From Epiperipatus broadwayi (lineage: Eukaryota; Animalia; Onychophora), in contig JAQFVV010000007.1 of NCBI GenBank assembly GCA_028023455.1, positions 20,088,001-20,152,000 of the forward strand: DNA of 64,000 nt. Reading direction: 5' to 3'. The notes below the pieces were generated by a model. The model was not told the origin of the DNA. It did not search any database and was given only the letters and a program-made list of their open reading frames with translations. The translations under genes were made by a program, and so were the position numbers. Shown piece by piece: positions 13,100 through 25,429 of the stretch (the stretch's first letter is position 1; each line of letters opens with the position of its first letter).

Positions 13100-13780
13100 G
13101 TAATACAATATTTTTAATGTGTGATTTTGATGGAAATGTGTGAAGTTATCCATTTAAATCAACTTAATTAGAAAGCACTTAACCTAGAAAAAATGCTCCT
13201 AACCAAGATTCAAAGTAAACTGATCGACTGATGGATCCAAAAGTGAGATTTTCTTTTAAATGCCACTATAGATATAATGTAGAAATCAAAATACTGCAGT
13301 TTACATTTATAGGTGTAACAAATCAAACTATAACAAACTTTTCAATTTTCTTACTATATAATAAACTCCTCCACTTGTAGTTTATATATTGTAATACAAT
13401 ATTTTTTAATAGATGTTTTTGATAAAAATCTTGAATATTAAAGTTATCCATTTAAATCAACTTAATTAGAAAGTACTTACCTGTTCCAAGCCAAGTCAAG
13501 AGTCAAAGTAAACTTCAATTAAAAATATCCATTAGAAATACTGTATTACAATATATAACCTATCAGTGGAGTTTATTATATAATAAAAAAATTGAAAAGT
13601 TTGTTATATTTTGATTTCTGACACATATAAACGTAAACTGCAGTACTTTGATCTCTATATCAGAAGTAGAGAGACACTTAAAAGAGAACTCTCTTTTTGG
13701 ATGAATCAGTCTATGAATTTACTTTGACTTTTGGCCTGGAGCATTTGTTTTAGGTTAAGGGCTTTTTAATTAAGTTGACA
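13100..13780. mobile_element. Family C composite repeat: partial tandem (291-bp period) plus inverted copy
   Basis: GTAATACAATATTTTT occurs at 13100 and 13391. About 13516-13778 is the reverse complement of about 13150-13430. Same family as 54406-54535. Confidence 0.8.
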
Positions 13781-14869
13781 TATGTAATGTAGTATATACA
13801 ATGTTCAAATAAAAATTATTTGTCCACAAAGTTGTTATATACATATACTTAATATAATAATTAATCTAAATAAGATTGAAACAAACAACTATTTATATTT
13901 ACAATTATTTAATTATCAACCCAGCTTTCATCTCTTATTGAGACTTTTTCAAGATATAAAGTTTTATACATCACATGATCTATTAATTACATTTACTCCA
14001 GCCTATTGGATATTATTTTAACTTCAACAATATAGTTAACTTTATATATATAAACCTATGAATAAGTGAAATAAAAAATACATTTAAAAATGTTTTAAAC
14101 TCTATAAATACATATACATATATTTTTATATACCTATACAAACAAATAAATATTCCATTCTACCCCCCCCCCTTTATAAACTCTCATTCAAATCCTACCA
14201 TAATTTTTAAATCTTGTACTTGAAAAGGGTTCATATTATTAATATAATTAGTTGTTTCTTTCAATATTATTTAGATTGATTATTATATATAATGTAGTTC
14301 TGCTAACAAATGTACTTTTTTTTGTATTATATATTTTATTTCTGCTTACTGAGATTCTTAATTTTTATAAGCTCAATATTTAGATTTTTTTGTTTAGATC
14401 AGTTGTTTCTAATCTTTTTTTATCATGACACACTTAAGCATCTCTAAAATCTTGATGCCCCCCTCCTCCATGACATGTAATTCCTATTATTCAAAAAGTA
14501 AACAGCTGTTCATGTAAAGAAAGCCTAAAAGATTATTATCAAAAGAAAAACTGAAATATAACTGAAATTCAAGCCTCTTAACTTGCCCAACTAATAATGG
14601 AGAGATAAGAAGTAAAGAGTTTCTAAATAGAAAAGAAACAGAAGATGGTGCAGAAAGAGGAAAATTTAAGAAATATTTTTAGCTTAATTTCTGAATAATA
14701 AGATATAATACTAATTAGTGGGTTTACAAATTTACTATTAATAACTCAAAAATATTTCAAATAAATTCACTGCTAAAATTCATTCTCAAATCACCTCCCC
14801 TCTCTTAAAAATCAAATTGCTCTTTTATGGGAACCATTGGTTTAGATCTTTGCCAATGTATTTTTTATA

Positions 14870-15410
14870 ATATAATCAAAATTACCCCAAATTCACAACT
14901 GAACTACACTAGCCAAACAAAACTCTAAAGCACGACCAATGGTTTTATTGCAACAAGCAGACTTCTCACTTGTAAAAAACTGCAAAATAGCAACATATTT
15001 AAACTAAACATTACCCACATTTCCACTTACTTTCCATCCACCCTTAATATTAAAAGAACTTTTAAATAAGTTAACTGTTTCAGAATCATAAATTTTTAAC
15101 AATAAAATTTTTTTATTTTTTATTTTTATTTCATCTATGATTCTGAAGCAGTTAACTTATTTAAAAGTTATTTTAATATTAAAGGTGTAAATGGAAAGTA
15201 AGTGGAATTGTAGGTAATGTTTAGTTAAATATGTTATTTTGTAGTTCTTTACACTTGATAAGTCTGCTTATAGCAGTAAACATTGGTTATGCTTTAAACT
15301 TTTTTTTTTTTTTGCTAGTCTGTTTGAGTTTTCAAATTTGGAGTAATTTTGATTATTTATGGGCTAGTTTAGCTTTATGCTTTTAATGTTTATTTTTATA
15401 ATATATATAT
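14870..15410. mobile_element. Inverted pair of PLE 3'/pLTR fragments (about 250-bp arms)
   Basis: About 14870-15118 is the reverse complement of about 15133-15390. Both arms match the PLE fragment at 5830-6120. Confidence 0.8.
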
Positions 15411-16699
15411 ATATATATATATATACACAATGATTTGTGAAAATATGTTATATATATATATATATATATGTCTCTCTATATATATGCATATAACTTTTAT
15501 GTATGTTTTGTTACAAAAGTCATTTCTCTTATATATTAAAACATTATCTTAAGTATACATTAAGATGTTTTTGTCTCATAACTGTTAAACAAACTTGGAC
15601 TTGTGAATCATTTTTAAAATATATTTTTAAGTATGATTTAAAAATTAGTGATATAATATTTTGAGTGCTTTGTTTAAAAAATGTATGTACTTTGATTGAC
15701 TTGTCTATGTTTTATAAATATATAATGATATACTTGTAAAAGATAACAAAATAAGAGTTACAACTTTTATTCAAATAAATTTATATGTAATATTCATATA
15801 GGTTATTTGTAAAAATTATGAATTATATGTAAAATACTGTATGAGAAAAGTAAAAACTAATGTCCAAAGTTATAATAAATTGGTAAAGATGTAATTATGT
15901 AATGTCAGTTAGCCGATAGATGTCATTTATGTCACTTAAGCAACATGACCAGGAGATCAGTCATAATGATGTAATAGAAGAAAAACAAATTAATACATAA
16001 TGCATATTATGTTTTAAACATCAAGCAGCCAATTCTTGCCACTAAGTAAGGTCTTTGTTTTTCTGTCTGATAGAAATTATTTTGCATTATATATATTAAA
16101 TTTATCAAAAACATAATTTCAAAAAATGAAATTATCTGAAATCTAAAGTATCATTTATTCAAATAAAAAAAAAGAGTAATAAACAGAAAACAATAGACAA
16201 AAAAGGGCCTTCAAATTATAAAAAAGCTTTGACAAAAAGCAATTTTGTCTGACATTATGTAAATTCAAAGTTGATTAATTTCTATTTAAAGAGCTATTGT
16301 ATTGAATAAAATTTCAATTTAAAAATTAAGTATATATTGAGAAATAAATATTTTATAATTTTACAAAAAAAAATAATGGAAAATACTGTGTTAGTTTATT
16401 CTCAGTTCAATCAAAGAATGATATTCTACATTCACAGAAGCAATTTCCATCTCTTTTGAAGATTCTTTATTTTTTATATAATTCTTCCATTTTCAATGAA
16501 AAATACTGACATATAGGGAATATAATTGGAATTAAAACAGAAGTTTATCTAAACAGAACAAATAATAATTTATAGCATATTTTAAATTCATTTGCAACTA
16601 TTATTAAATAAAAAGGTAAATTGACAACAGTAATATTAATGGGAATGTGAGAGTATGATCAAAACAGGGAAAGGGTTCTATCACAACATGAAAGTAATA

Positions 16700-17050
16700 G
16701 ACAAGTAAGTATATAAAGTAAAGTATTATCAGTTATGGGGTATTTTTGGAGATCAGTTAAGGATTCTATTAAATATCAAGTTATTGAAAAGTTAAGAAAT
16801 TAATAGATATAGATGAAACTGAAGAGGTCTATACTCATACAAATAAATGCTGATTCTAAAATAATTATCAGACTATATCTGAAAAGAAAGTTAGAAGTAA
16901 TATTACAATCTTGCTCTAAGTTTAAAAAATGCACTTTAATATTATTACAGGTGCTTTAATATGGGTAGTTAGGCAATCTCTTCTTGTATTCTAGTCTTTA
17001 CATTTATTAGCATAGAGAATCTCTATTAAAAAAAAACTGCCTATATAGAA
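16700..17050 (+). mobile_element. Very decayed CR1/L2-type RT thumb remnant
   Basis: YYQLWGIFGDQLRILLNIK weakly resembles YKYLGV.LD.KL.F..HI; many stops. Confidence 0.25.
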
Positions 17051-17612
17051 TAAGAACCATTGTCTAAAAAAAAATTTAAAAAAAGAACTTTGAGCAAATT
17101 AAATTTATCTCATTGAAAAATCCAGAAAATAAAAAAAAACCATTAATCAAGAATATTTCAGATTTTAAAAAATGGATCTGATAAATCATTTCAGAGCAAG
17201 AAAGCAATTTTATGTCACATTTAAAATATAAAGGTAGTTTTACATATATGTAATTTTGTTTGTATTTTATATATATTGTACCGATGTAAATAATTTTGTT
17301 AAAAAATTATTTTAAAAAAAAAATTTTTTTTAAAGAAATTAGCAATCAGTTTGAAAAGTCAAAATAAATCTAGAAAGGTTTAAAGAATTTTCATTTTTAA
17401 AAGAGAAAAGGAAATCTCCAAAAGTCTAAAGAGTTTTTTTTTATTATTAATTAAATAAAATGCAGAAGGTAAAAGTCTAAAGAGTTCTTTTTATTATTGT
17501 TGTTAGTTTAAAGAAAATATTATTCATAAAAGTTATAAATGATTGATTAGAAAAAAAAAGGAAGTTAAAGATGACAGTTTAAAAATATAGAATGTTTATA
17601 AAGTTAAAAGCA

Positions 17613-17776
17613 CTCTCTCCCTCTCCCTCCCCTCCCCTCCCTCTCCCTCCCCCCTCCCCTCCCCCTCCCTCCCCCTCCCCCTCCCCCTCCCCTCCCCTCC
17701 CCCTCCCCCCTCCCCCTCTCCCTCTCCCTCTCTCTCTCTCCCTCCCTCCCTCCCTCTCTCTCTCTCTCTCTCTCTC
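17613..17776. repeat. Pure C/T tract, (CCCCT/CCCT/CT)n
   Basis: 164 bp containing only C and T on the plus strand. Confidence 0.97.
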
Positions 17777-19343
17777 ATGCAAATTAAGGAAGAAAAAAAG
17801 GGTACTTATAAATTTAAACAACGAGTACTATATATGTGCAAGAGTAAACAAAGAAATGATAAATGCATGTATATGTGCATGTTAAAATAATATTGAAAAA
17901 AACATATGAAAACAAATATTAAAATAAATAAATTCAGCAATAACTACTGGTTGAAAACAACATGTTGCAATGCTATTTAATTAAGAAAGAATCTATAAAC
18001 AACAATGTAATTAAACTCTTATCAATTCAAATCGAAAGCAGTGGATAATGGATTTTTGCTGGTGGCTACAAAAACAGACTACAAAAAAATGACAACAGGT
18101 CGTTACATAAATAGATCTAAATTTTCACACAGAGATCAGTTTTTCAGTTCAGTTTTAGTTTTGAGCAGTCAATCTATGAGTTCAATTCATCAATCAGTCA
18201 GGCAGTGTTAATAGCTTCATCGAAACATACGATGAACTTCAAACCTTGTCCAAAATACCAGTACTCTGCCTGAGATGAAGTAACAGCCACCAAATAAGTG
18301 AGAGCTGCCCGAGTATCTACTGTCATAATAATAGTGCCACAAAATAAATGACCATCCTCAACCTTAATAAAAGAAGTAACCAGGATCATCAATCAACAGA
18401 AATCCTCTGCAGAAGTATAAATCCAGCAGGCTGGTAGTAAAATAAGTCAGAAACACCCTGGAAAAACTGGAAGCAAACAACTAAAATCTCCATGCTCCAA
18501 AAACCTAGGTATTTAATAACTTTCTTATTTCCATTTATAAATTCAAAGTAGTTATTGCCATCCATAAAGCCTTCAGGGTCAGTAGTAAAGGAACTCTATC
18601 GCTGCATAAAGAACTATTGATGTGCATGTTGCTTTGAATGCCTTATATTTAATATTCATCATACTATTTAATACTTTGTCATTTAATGTTGTTAGATTAT
18701 ATTTTTCATGAGTATTTAAAATGTGTGTGTGTTCATATATAAGTACCTTAAATGTTTATGTTAATTAAAAATATTTAAAAGTAGTTCAAAACTTTAATAA
18801 TTAGTGTTCAATTAAAATAAATTGTGTTATAAACTTAATATCTGTCGATTCTTTATCATTAATTAAGTAAATTTTACCACTAGTTAAATTTAGTAATTTG
18901 TTATTGAATTAAAAATAGACTGAGCTAATTAAAGGATTTTTTTGAGTGCTGGATTATGGGCCTACTGTCCAAACATGTTAGTTCTAGAAACTAGCTGGTG
19001 CCCAGGGTTTACTTTAAAACAAATACTTGGATAGTAGCGGTTTGAATCTAGCAGTCGAGGTGGGCCACGATCTAGAAATGTGATCATGCTATGCATTGCA
19101 TAGCTCAGTCTGATCATGGGTATTGTTGAAGCTCTGCTATCAATAATATTCTCCACTCTAGAAAGTAGAGCATGATCTTTTATGGATTGAACTCAGTACA
19201 ATATATTAGTCTCATGGCACACAATGTATTGCGTGTGCTCATATATATATTTAAAGCCTAAAAAAAAAAAATTGAAATGAACATAGGCAAAATATGTACA
19301 TAATTATTTGAAAATAAAGATTAAATATAATTATATGAAAATT

Positions 19344-19464
19344 CCCTGCATGGTTTGTTGCAGTTTTTAGAGTGTCTGACTTAGGATCGGGATATACAAG
19401 GATCGATTCTGGTGCTCACAGGTTTGGTGCGCAAACTTCTTAAGAACTCCTGAGTAATAAAGCC
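19344..19464 (+). mobile_element. tRNA-derived SINE copy
   Basis: GTCTGACT..GGATC anticodon-arm-like segment, B-box-like GGATCGATTC, and 3' TGAGTAATAAAGCC shared with the 24046 and 43451 copies. Confidence 0.55.
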
Positions 19465-22400
19465 ATATGTCTTTTTTATTTGAAAGTAATGATTAAATAA
19501 TAATTGATACTACAAATTTTTTTAAATCAAATATCAAAGGTTAAGTAACAAAGATAAAATAAACTTATTATAACATAAGTGGATTTATTAAAATAAAATG
19601 TTTAAAAAAAAAACTAAAATATAAAAATTTATCATATTTTGCTTTGAAATTAAACTGAGAGAGTGCAAACCTCTCAAACACTTAGCCAATCAGATCACAA
19701 ATACTGAGACAGAGAATTTCACAAGAAAAGAGTGGTTCCACTCTCTTCTTTACTTGTCTTTTTATATATCCAAGCCAGTCCAAAGTACTTAGATCCGAAA
19801 GCGTGAATCTTAAATATCTTCACACTCAACTCACTGAGTTTTCAATACCATCTGTGTTTTGTAAAATAAATATTATTTACATATTTTGCTTTGTAAAAGA
19901 GTAGACTTAAATATTAATTTATGTTTTTAGATTTGTAAGTTAATAAATGATAATTAACTTAATGGGTTGTAAATAAGTAATTAACTTTTGAAAAATATCC
20001 CAGTGCAGTAAAATTGACTATTTTTTTAATTGGTGCTTATTATTTGATATTTACATCTTAATGTTTTTTTAAAAAATTAGATTTTATCGATTTTTGAGAG
20101 GAAATGGTTCCCAACTAAATTTATGTCAGTGAAAATCATAATAAATAGCTTGAAAAACAAGTAGAACTAAAGAAGAAAAATAAGCAATATCTTGTAGACT
20201 TCAAACTCATCTCATTGTGGAAAAAATTCACTGTTTTATTGAAATATTAAGAATGGAGTACTAAACTTAAAAAGTATACCAGTTGCACCAGTATGCCAGT
20301 AAGTAAACCAGCTTTGAAATCTATTTAGATAGAAATATTTTAGAAACTTGCCAAAGGAAAGCTTACCAGAAAACCAGTGATAGCTTTAAATGCCTTTTCT
20401 CAGCTATATATAATAACTGATTAACAACAGATACTTACTTTAAAAACTTTGTATAGAACTGGAAGTTATATAAAACTAAGAGAAAGTTAAGATAGTAAAA
20501 TATAAAGAGATCCATACCAATCAAACTTTTATAATTGAATAATGATAAAAATAATTACTAATCCTGTAATTAGATTTACATTTCACAAAAAAGATACCCT
20601 AAAAAAGGGAAAAGACCATTGTTCAATGAATGATTAATCTATAGGAACACCAAATACAATAATTTTAAGTAATCCAGAAACAATCTTCTAGGCGTGGGCT
20701 TCATATATGTGTTTATTAGTTTTTGAGCTCAGAAAAAAAATTAAAAACCAAAGATACCTGGATGAGATTTTATTTACAATTTTAGATTTATAAATCATTA
20801 ATGTAACTGTAGTTTTAAATAAGAAGTCATAATGTAAATTAAATATTCATTTAGTTATTTTTTAGTGTATTTTTATTAGATATTTTACATTTGTATAATA
20901 TGTAATATAATGCCCATGTATGCTATATTCAATCTCTTTAGAATTAGCTATTATTTTTATTTTATAAAAATATTTTTCCTTTTATAAAAATTTAAAGTCT
21001 TCAACTATCTTCCATTCTTTTTTATTCATCATTTATATTAGTATCCCATGTTAAACTCTATTATTTGTTATGTATGACAAATGGGTATTTATAAGTTGCA
21101 TGTGTTATAGCTAGCTACCATGTGAGAAACAGGCATGATGAGAAATAATGAATGTTCCATAAGGCATAGATGGATTGGTTGTGTGAGGATGGTGGTGCTA
21201 CATTTTTAAATTGTAGCTGTTATTCATAATAAATCAAATTCAACATCTTCACACTATCCTTATGCCTCTCAATCAGTTCCCGTTTATCTGTAATCTGTTT
21301 CACTTCAGTTGAAAATTAAGGTGTGGCAATATATTATTTTTCTTATTTAAATACATCTGATAACATATTCAGTTAGAAATCATGCAATCACCATGTGTAT
21401 TGAATATTTTCTCTATGATTTTTCACATTGTTACTATTATAATATATATTTACTGTAATGATCTGAGAGACGGTGTAAATGATGGTATATCCTAACTGTT
21501 AAACAAAACTTTACTTATGCTGTTGTTTTAATAAAGCTTTGTTCTTTTAGTGAATTAAGCCACTAGAATTGATTAGACAATCAATATCCATCCATCTAGA
21601 TAACATTTATCTGAAATGGGTGGCTAATCACTGATAATGACTATAAATGCCATTAGATTGTAACCCATATACATTTATCAACGCATTTATTAATAGAACT
21701 AACAGAAAAATGATAATAAGATCATAAATAGATCATAGCTATAGGTGTGTGTATTCTCAGCCATAAATGATTTTTACTATTGTACTCATCTTGATCTGTT
21801 ACTTTTCGCTTACATATAAGAATATATATCCTTAACAACGGCGAAACATAAATTTGTCCATAAAGTTATTTTCAAAATTTTAACATAATTGAAATAAAAC
21901 AACTATATACAAATAAATATTTTCTTTATTATTGAAGCATTTTTACCCTAAGGGCAAAAACAATTCAACAATACAGACATTTTTTATTTTTATATAGTTG
22001 TTTTATTTCAATTGTGTTGGAATCATTATTAAGAATATATATCCTAATACAAATAATATATTAATAATACAAGCAATAATTTCAAATACATAAAAACATA
22101 TTTAACTGTTTTTCAATGTCATCTTTACCTGATTTTTTATTCAGTTGAATTCCCAATCTCCAATCGTCTTATCCTCCTCTTACAGTGTTATATATAAATC
22201 TGACCTGATTCGAAAATACATCTTATCTGAGCTAACTCTGATTGCAAAATTAATCATTGAAGGTTCCACAAAAATAAAAGGGAAAATTGATTTATTGATG
22301 AAACAAATTTTAAACTGATATTTAACATAAACCTTAAGTAAATTTTTTCTAAAAAATAACTATAAAATTATTATAGTTATAGTACTTTTAATTGCTTTTA

Positions 22401-23330
22401 TTCATATTTTTTATCAACTATTTAAAAAAAAGTAAAACAATCTGACCCACATGACTGATCAAGAGTCATGAATTTTAATGTTAGTTCTATCTATTAATCA
22501 GATATATTCGACGTCTTACAATCGCTAACTCCTTATTTTTTCTCTGTATAAGGTTTCTTTTCTTATTAAGAATTCTAATTATCACTCAAATCAAAACAAT
22601 GATAAATTTACATAACCTTTCAGAGTCTAAGAAAACTGAAAATAACTATGAAATGATTACTTTTTTTTACTTTTCATATGTTTATTCATGAAATGATATT
22701 TCTTTAATCATTTTTCAATATAGCATGTTGATTCTTGATTTAATGAAACCCTATATTTACACATAACATAGTCGATTACACGATTTTCCTTTAGTTCTTA
22801 GATGCTCCGTTTTTTTTTTAATTATTAGTTAATAACCAAAATAAGCATCACATAATCATCATCTTATACTAGCACATAATTGTTTATAAACAGAGAATTT
22901 TGCCTTGTTTAATAACCAAAATAATAATAATGATGCAATTTACTATGTTTAAATGTATGTTTCATATATCAGGAAATCTAAACGCAATATTGAGAAATTA
23001 AAGAAACATCAATTGTTATACAAACATATGAAGAAAAAAAAATTCTCCAACTGCTTCAATTATTTTACTCCATAAAAGAACGTACAAATTTACTTTTGAT
23101 ATGAACAATATTATAATTCTTTGTAGGGAAAGAAATGCCGTAAAGAGAAAAATTAAGTTAAAATCTCCGATTAGTAAAAAGAGCAAACGCAGTCGTCAAA
23201 ATTCATGACTCAGAAAATCAAATAATATTGATTGATTTCATAAGTATCTTACATACATTTTTTTTTTTAAAAAATATTTTGCTAATGATTATGAATAATG
23301 TAATTAAAGTAGTTTTGTAATACTTTAATT

Positions 23331-23672
23331 CAATAAACATCACATGATCACTATTTCTTAAGCTTGCTCTTAACTGTTATTATAGAGTTTTGCCTGTTTT
23401 AATAAACAGTTAAGAGCAAGTCTAAGAGATGGTAATCATGTGATGTTTATTGGCTTAAAATCAATCCTGCCTAATAGGATAGTGATGGCTATGGCTATTA
23501 AAGAACCAAAAACACCAAAATGTATGGGTACTGAACTGAGTTTAGACTTATATGATTAGTTAAGCTGATGAGCTTGGATTAAAATTATTGTGTTTTCAAT
23601 TTAAGTCTCATAGTTTTGTAGTTACGTAGAGATAAAAGGTGGCTGCTGACGTGTTACATTAGACCCTAAGAT
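23331..23672 (+). mobile_element. Family B repeat with a 5' hairpin, truncated before the HHR
   Basis: Hairpin at 23331-23452. 23440-23670 matches 35150-35355 and 1-140. Followed by a T run. Confidence 0.7.
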
Positions 23673-24045
23673 TTTTTTTTTTTTTTTTTTCCTCTTTCCC
23701 TTTTTTTTTTTTTTTTTTTTTTATCCCTAATAATTTTTTTTTTATATCATTCCTCCCCCCCATTCAACTAATTAAATTTTTCATCTTCAAAATAAATAAT
23801 AACACCATAATAAAAATTTTTTTTTAAAATTTTAAAAAAACCACACCAAGATTGGATTGCAAAAACATAATTTATGAACCACGATATATTACATTTGCAA
23901 TAAGAATGAAATAAAAAGTTTATCATAATCAAAATTTAATTAAAAATATGAATTAGAAGATGATAACTGTGTTTCAAAATAGTATATTTTCCTCCCAAAG
24001 ATTCCTAAGAATATATTTGTTTGACCTTAAAAATATATGTGTTTA

Positions 24046-24140
24046 GTCCTGTGCAATTGAGCACAATGGCAGAATGTCAGGCTGTAGAATGGTGGTGTCA
24101 TATGGTTCATTCTGGTGCTGGGATTCTTGAGCATAAAGCC
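24046..24140 (+). mobile_element. tRNA-derived SINE copy
   Basis: A-box-like AGCACAATGG, GGTTCATTCTGGTGCT, 3' TGAGCATAAAGCC. Confidence 0.5.
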
Positions 24141-24261
24141 AATTAAATTTTTTTATATAAATATTTAAAATCGATAGTCATGCCAGCACTTAAATTAAAA
24201 AGATGTAACCATTTTATAATAATGAAATTACAATAATTAATAGACTTTAAGAAATTCCTTT

Positions 24262-24890
24262 ACATAGATGTTAAAATAGATAGATGGCAGCTATTTAGCA
24301 TATTACTTCTTGAATATATATAGAAATAAACAGAATATTGGGTGCAAGCTAATTTATGATAATAGCAAAAAAAATAGTTTACTGTTTAAGGCTCGAACAA
24401 GATCATTAGCCACAAGGAATTGTACACATAAATGTAGAAATGTGGGTGACTTAGTCTGCAAGTTGTGTAAGAAAGGCATACAAAACACTAGGTATTTGTT
24501 ACTTGAATGTAAATGCTTATAAGTAGAAATGGTGCAAATAATGAAGTTATGGGGTAATAAATATTAACAAAGTGATTATACAGAAAGTGGGTTATTGGTT
24601 TTTATGCTTGGTTTGTAAAAAAAATAAGGGTGATTTATATAAAGACCACAGAATGGACTAAGATATCTTTATATATATATATAAAAAAAATAAGGGTGAT
24701 TTATATAAAGACCACAGAATGGACTAAGATAATGATGTGGAAATAGAATGGAGCAGAATAGAAAATATGGAAAAATTTTAAGGTGAGGAATGGAAAGGGA
24801 AGATGCTAGCAGTTTCTCTGGGCATAGTGGCTGAGAGATTTCTGACTCCACAAAATAAGCCATAGTGCATAGCATCACAGTGAAAAACAA
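24262..24890 (+). mobile_element. 3' fragment of the CCHC-bearing LINE family (same as 29328-32075)
   Basis: KQNIGCKLIYDNSKKNSLLFKARTRSLAT...CKLCKKGIQNTRYLLLEC matches the 29636-29938 ORF. The 3'UTR matches 29330-29480. Confidence 0.88.
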
Positions 24891-25429
24891 TGTTTAGTCT
24901 TTCAACATATGTGTTAAAATGAATTTCAAATAATTGTTAAAACATGTTAAGAGCTAATAAAATAATGGCAATGAGCTATCCATATTATTATATGTGCAGA
25001 CTACTAGGATTGTATTATAAGGCAAAAACATTTAACTCTATGATAATGATAATTAGTGTTACATGGAATAATATTATGGTGCTTCTGTGCTATCTATGAC
25101 TTCCAATTCCTTTTTTAGTCTGCCTTAGTGCTATTTGCATCCATTTTATATTAAAAACTTGAAATAATTTAAGTACTGATTTTTAGTTATAAAAAGTGTC
25201 TGAAGATGTCAGTAGTCCAAAAAGTAGTCTACAGAAAAAAGCTTCTAAGTAATCCACCAAAATCTAAAGGTTGCTGATTAGTTGATTCTTTGATATTGAA
25301 TGTTAAGAAACCACTACTCTATTCAAAAATTTTACAATTTATAATTTCATAGTGTTTTTAATTATTTCTAATTATTCTTACAAAATACTTTTATATGTGA
25401 TGTATAATCAACTATTTAATTACGTGAGT

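Noticed and set aside
19344-19420. tRNA gene
   Set aside because: No cloverleaf; diverged multi-copy SINE head.
21162-21267. Short interrupted inverted repeat
   Set aside because: Only 7+11 bp of pairing; could be chance or an unclassifiable MITE relic.
25196-25235. CTGAAGATGTCAGTAGTCCAAAA..GTC as an HHR upstream of the Penelope
   Set aside because: Stems I and II do not pair, and the paralog at 33134 does not restore them.
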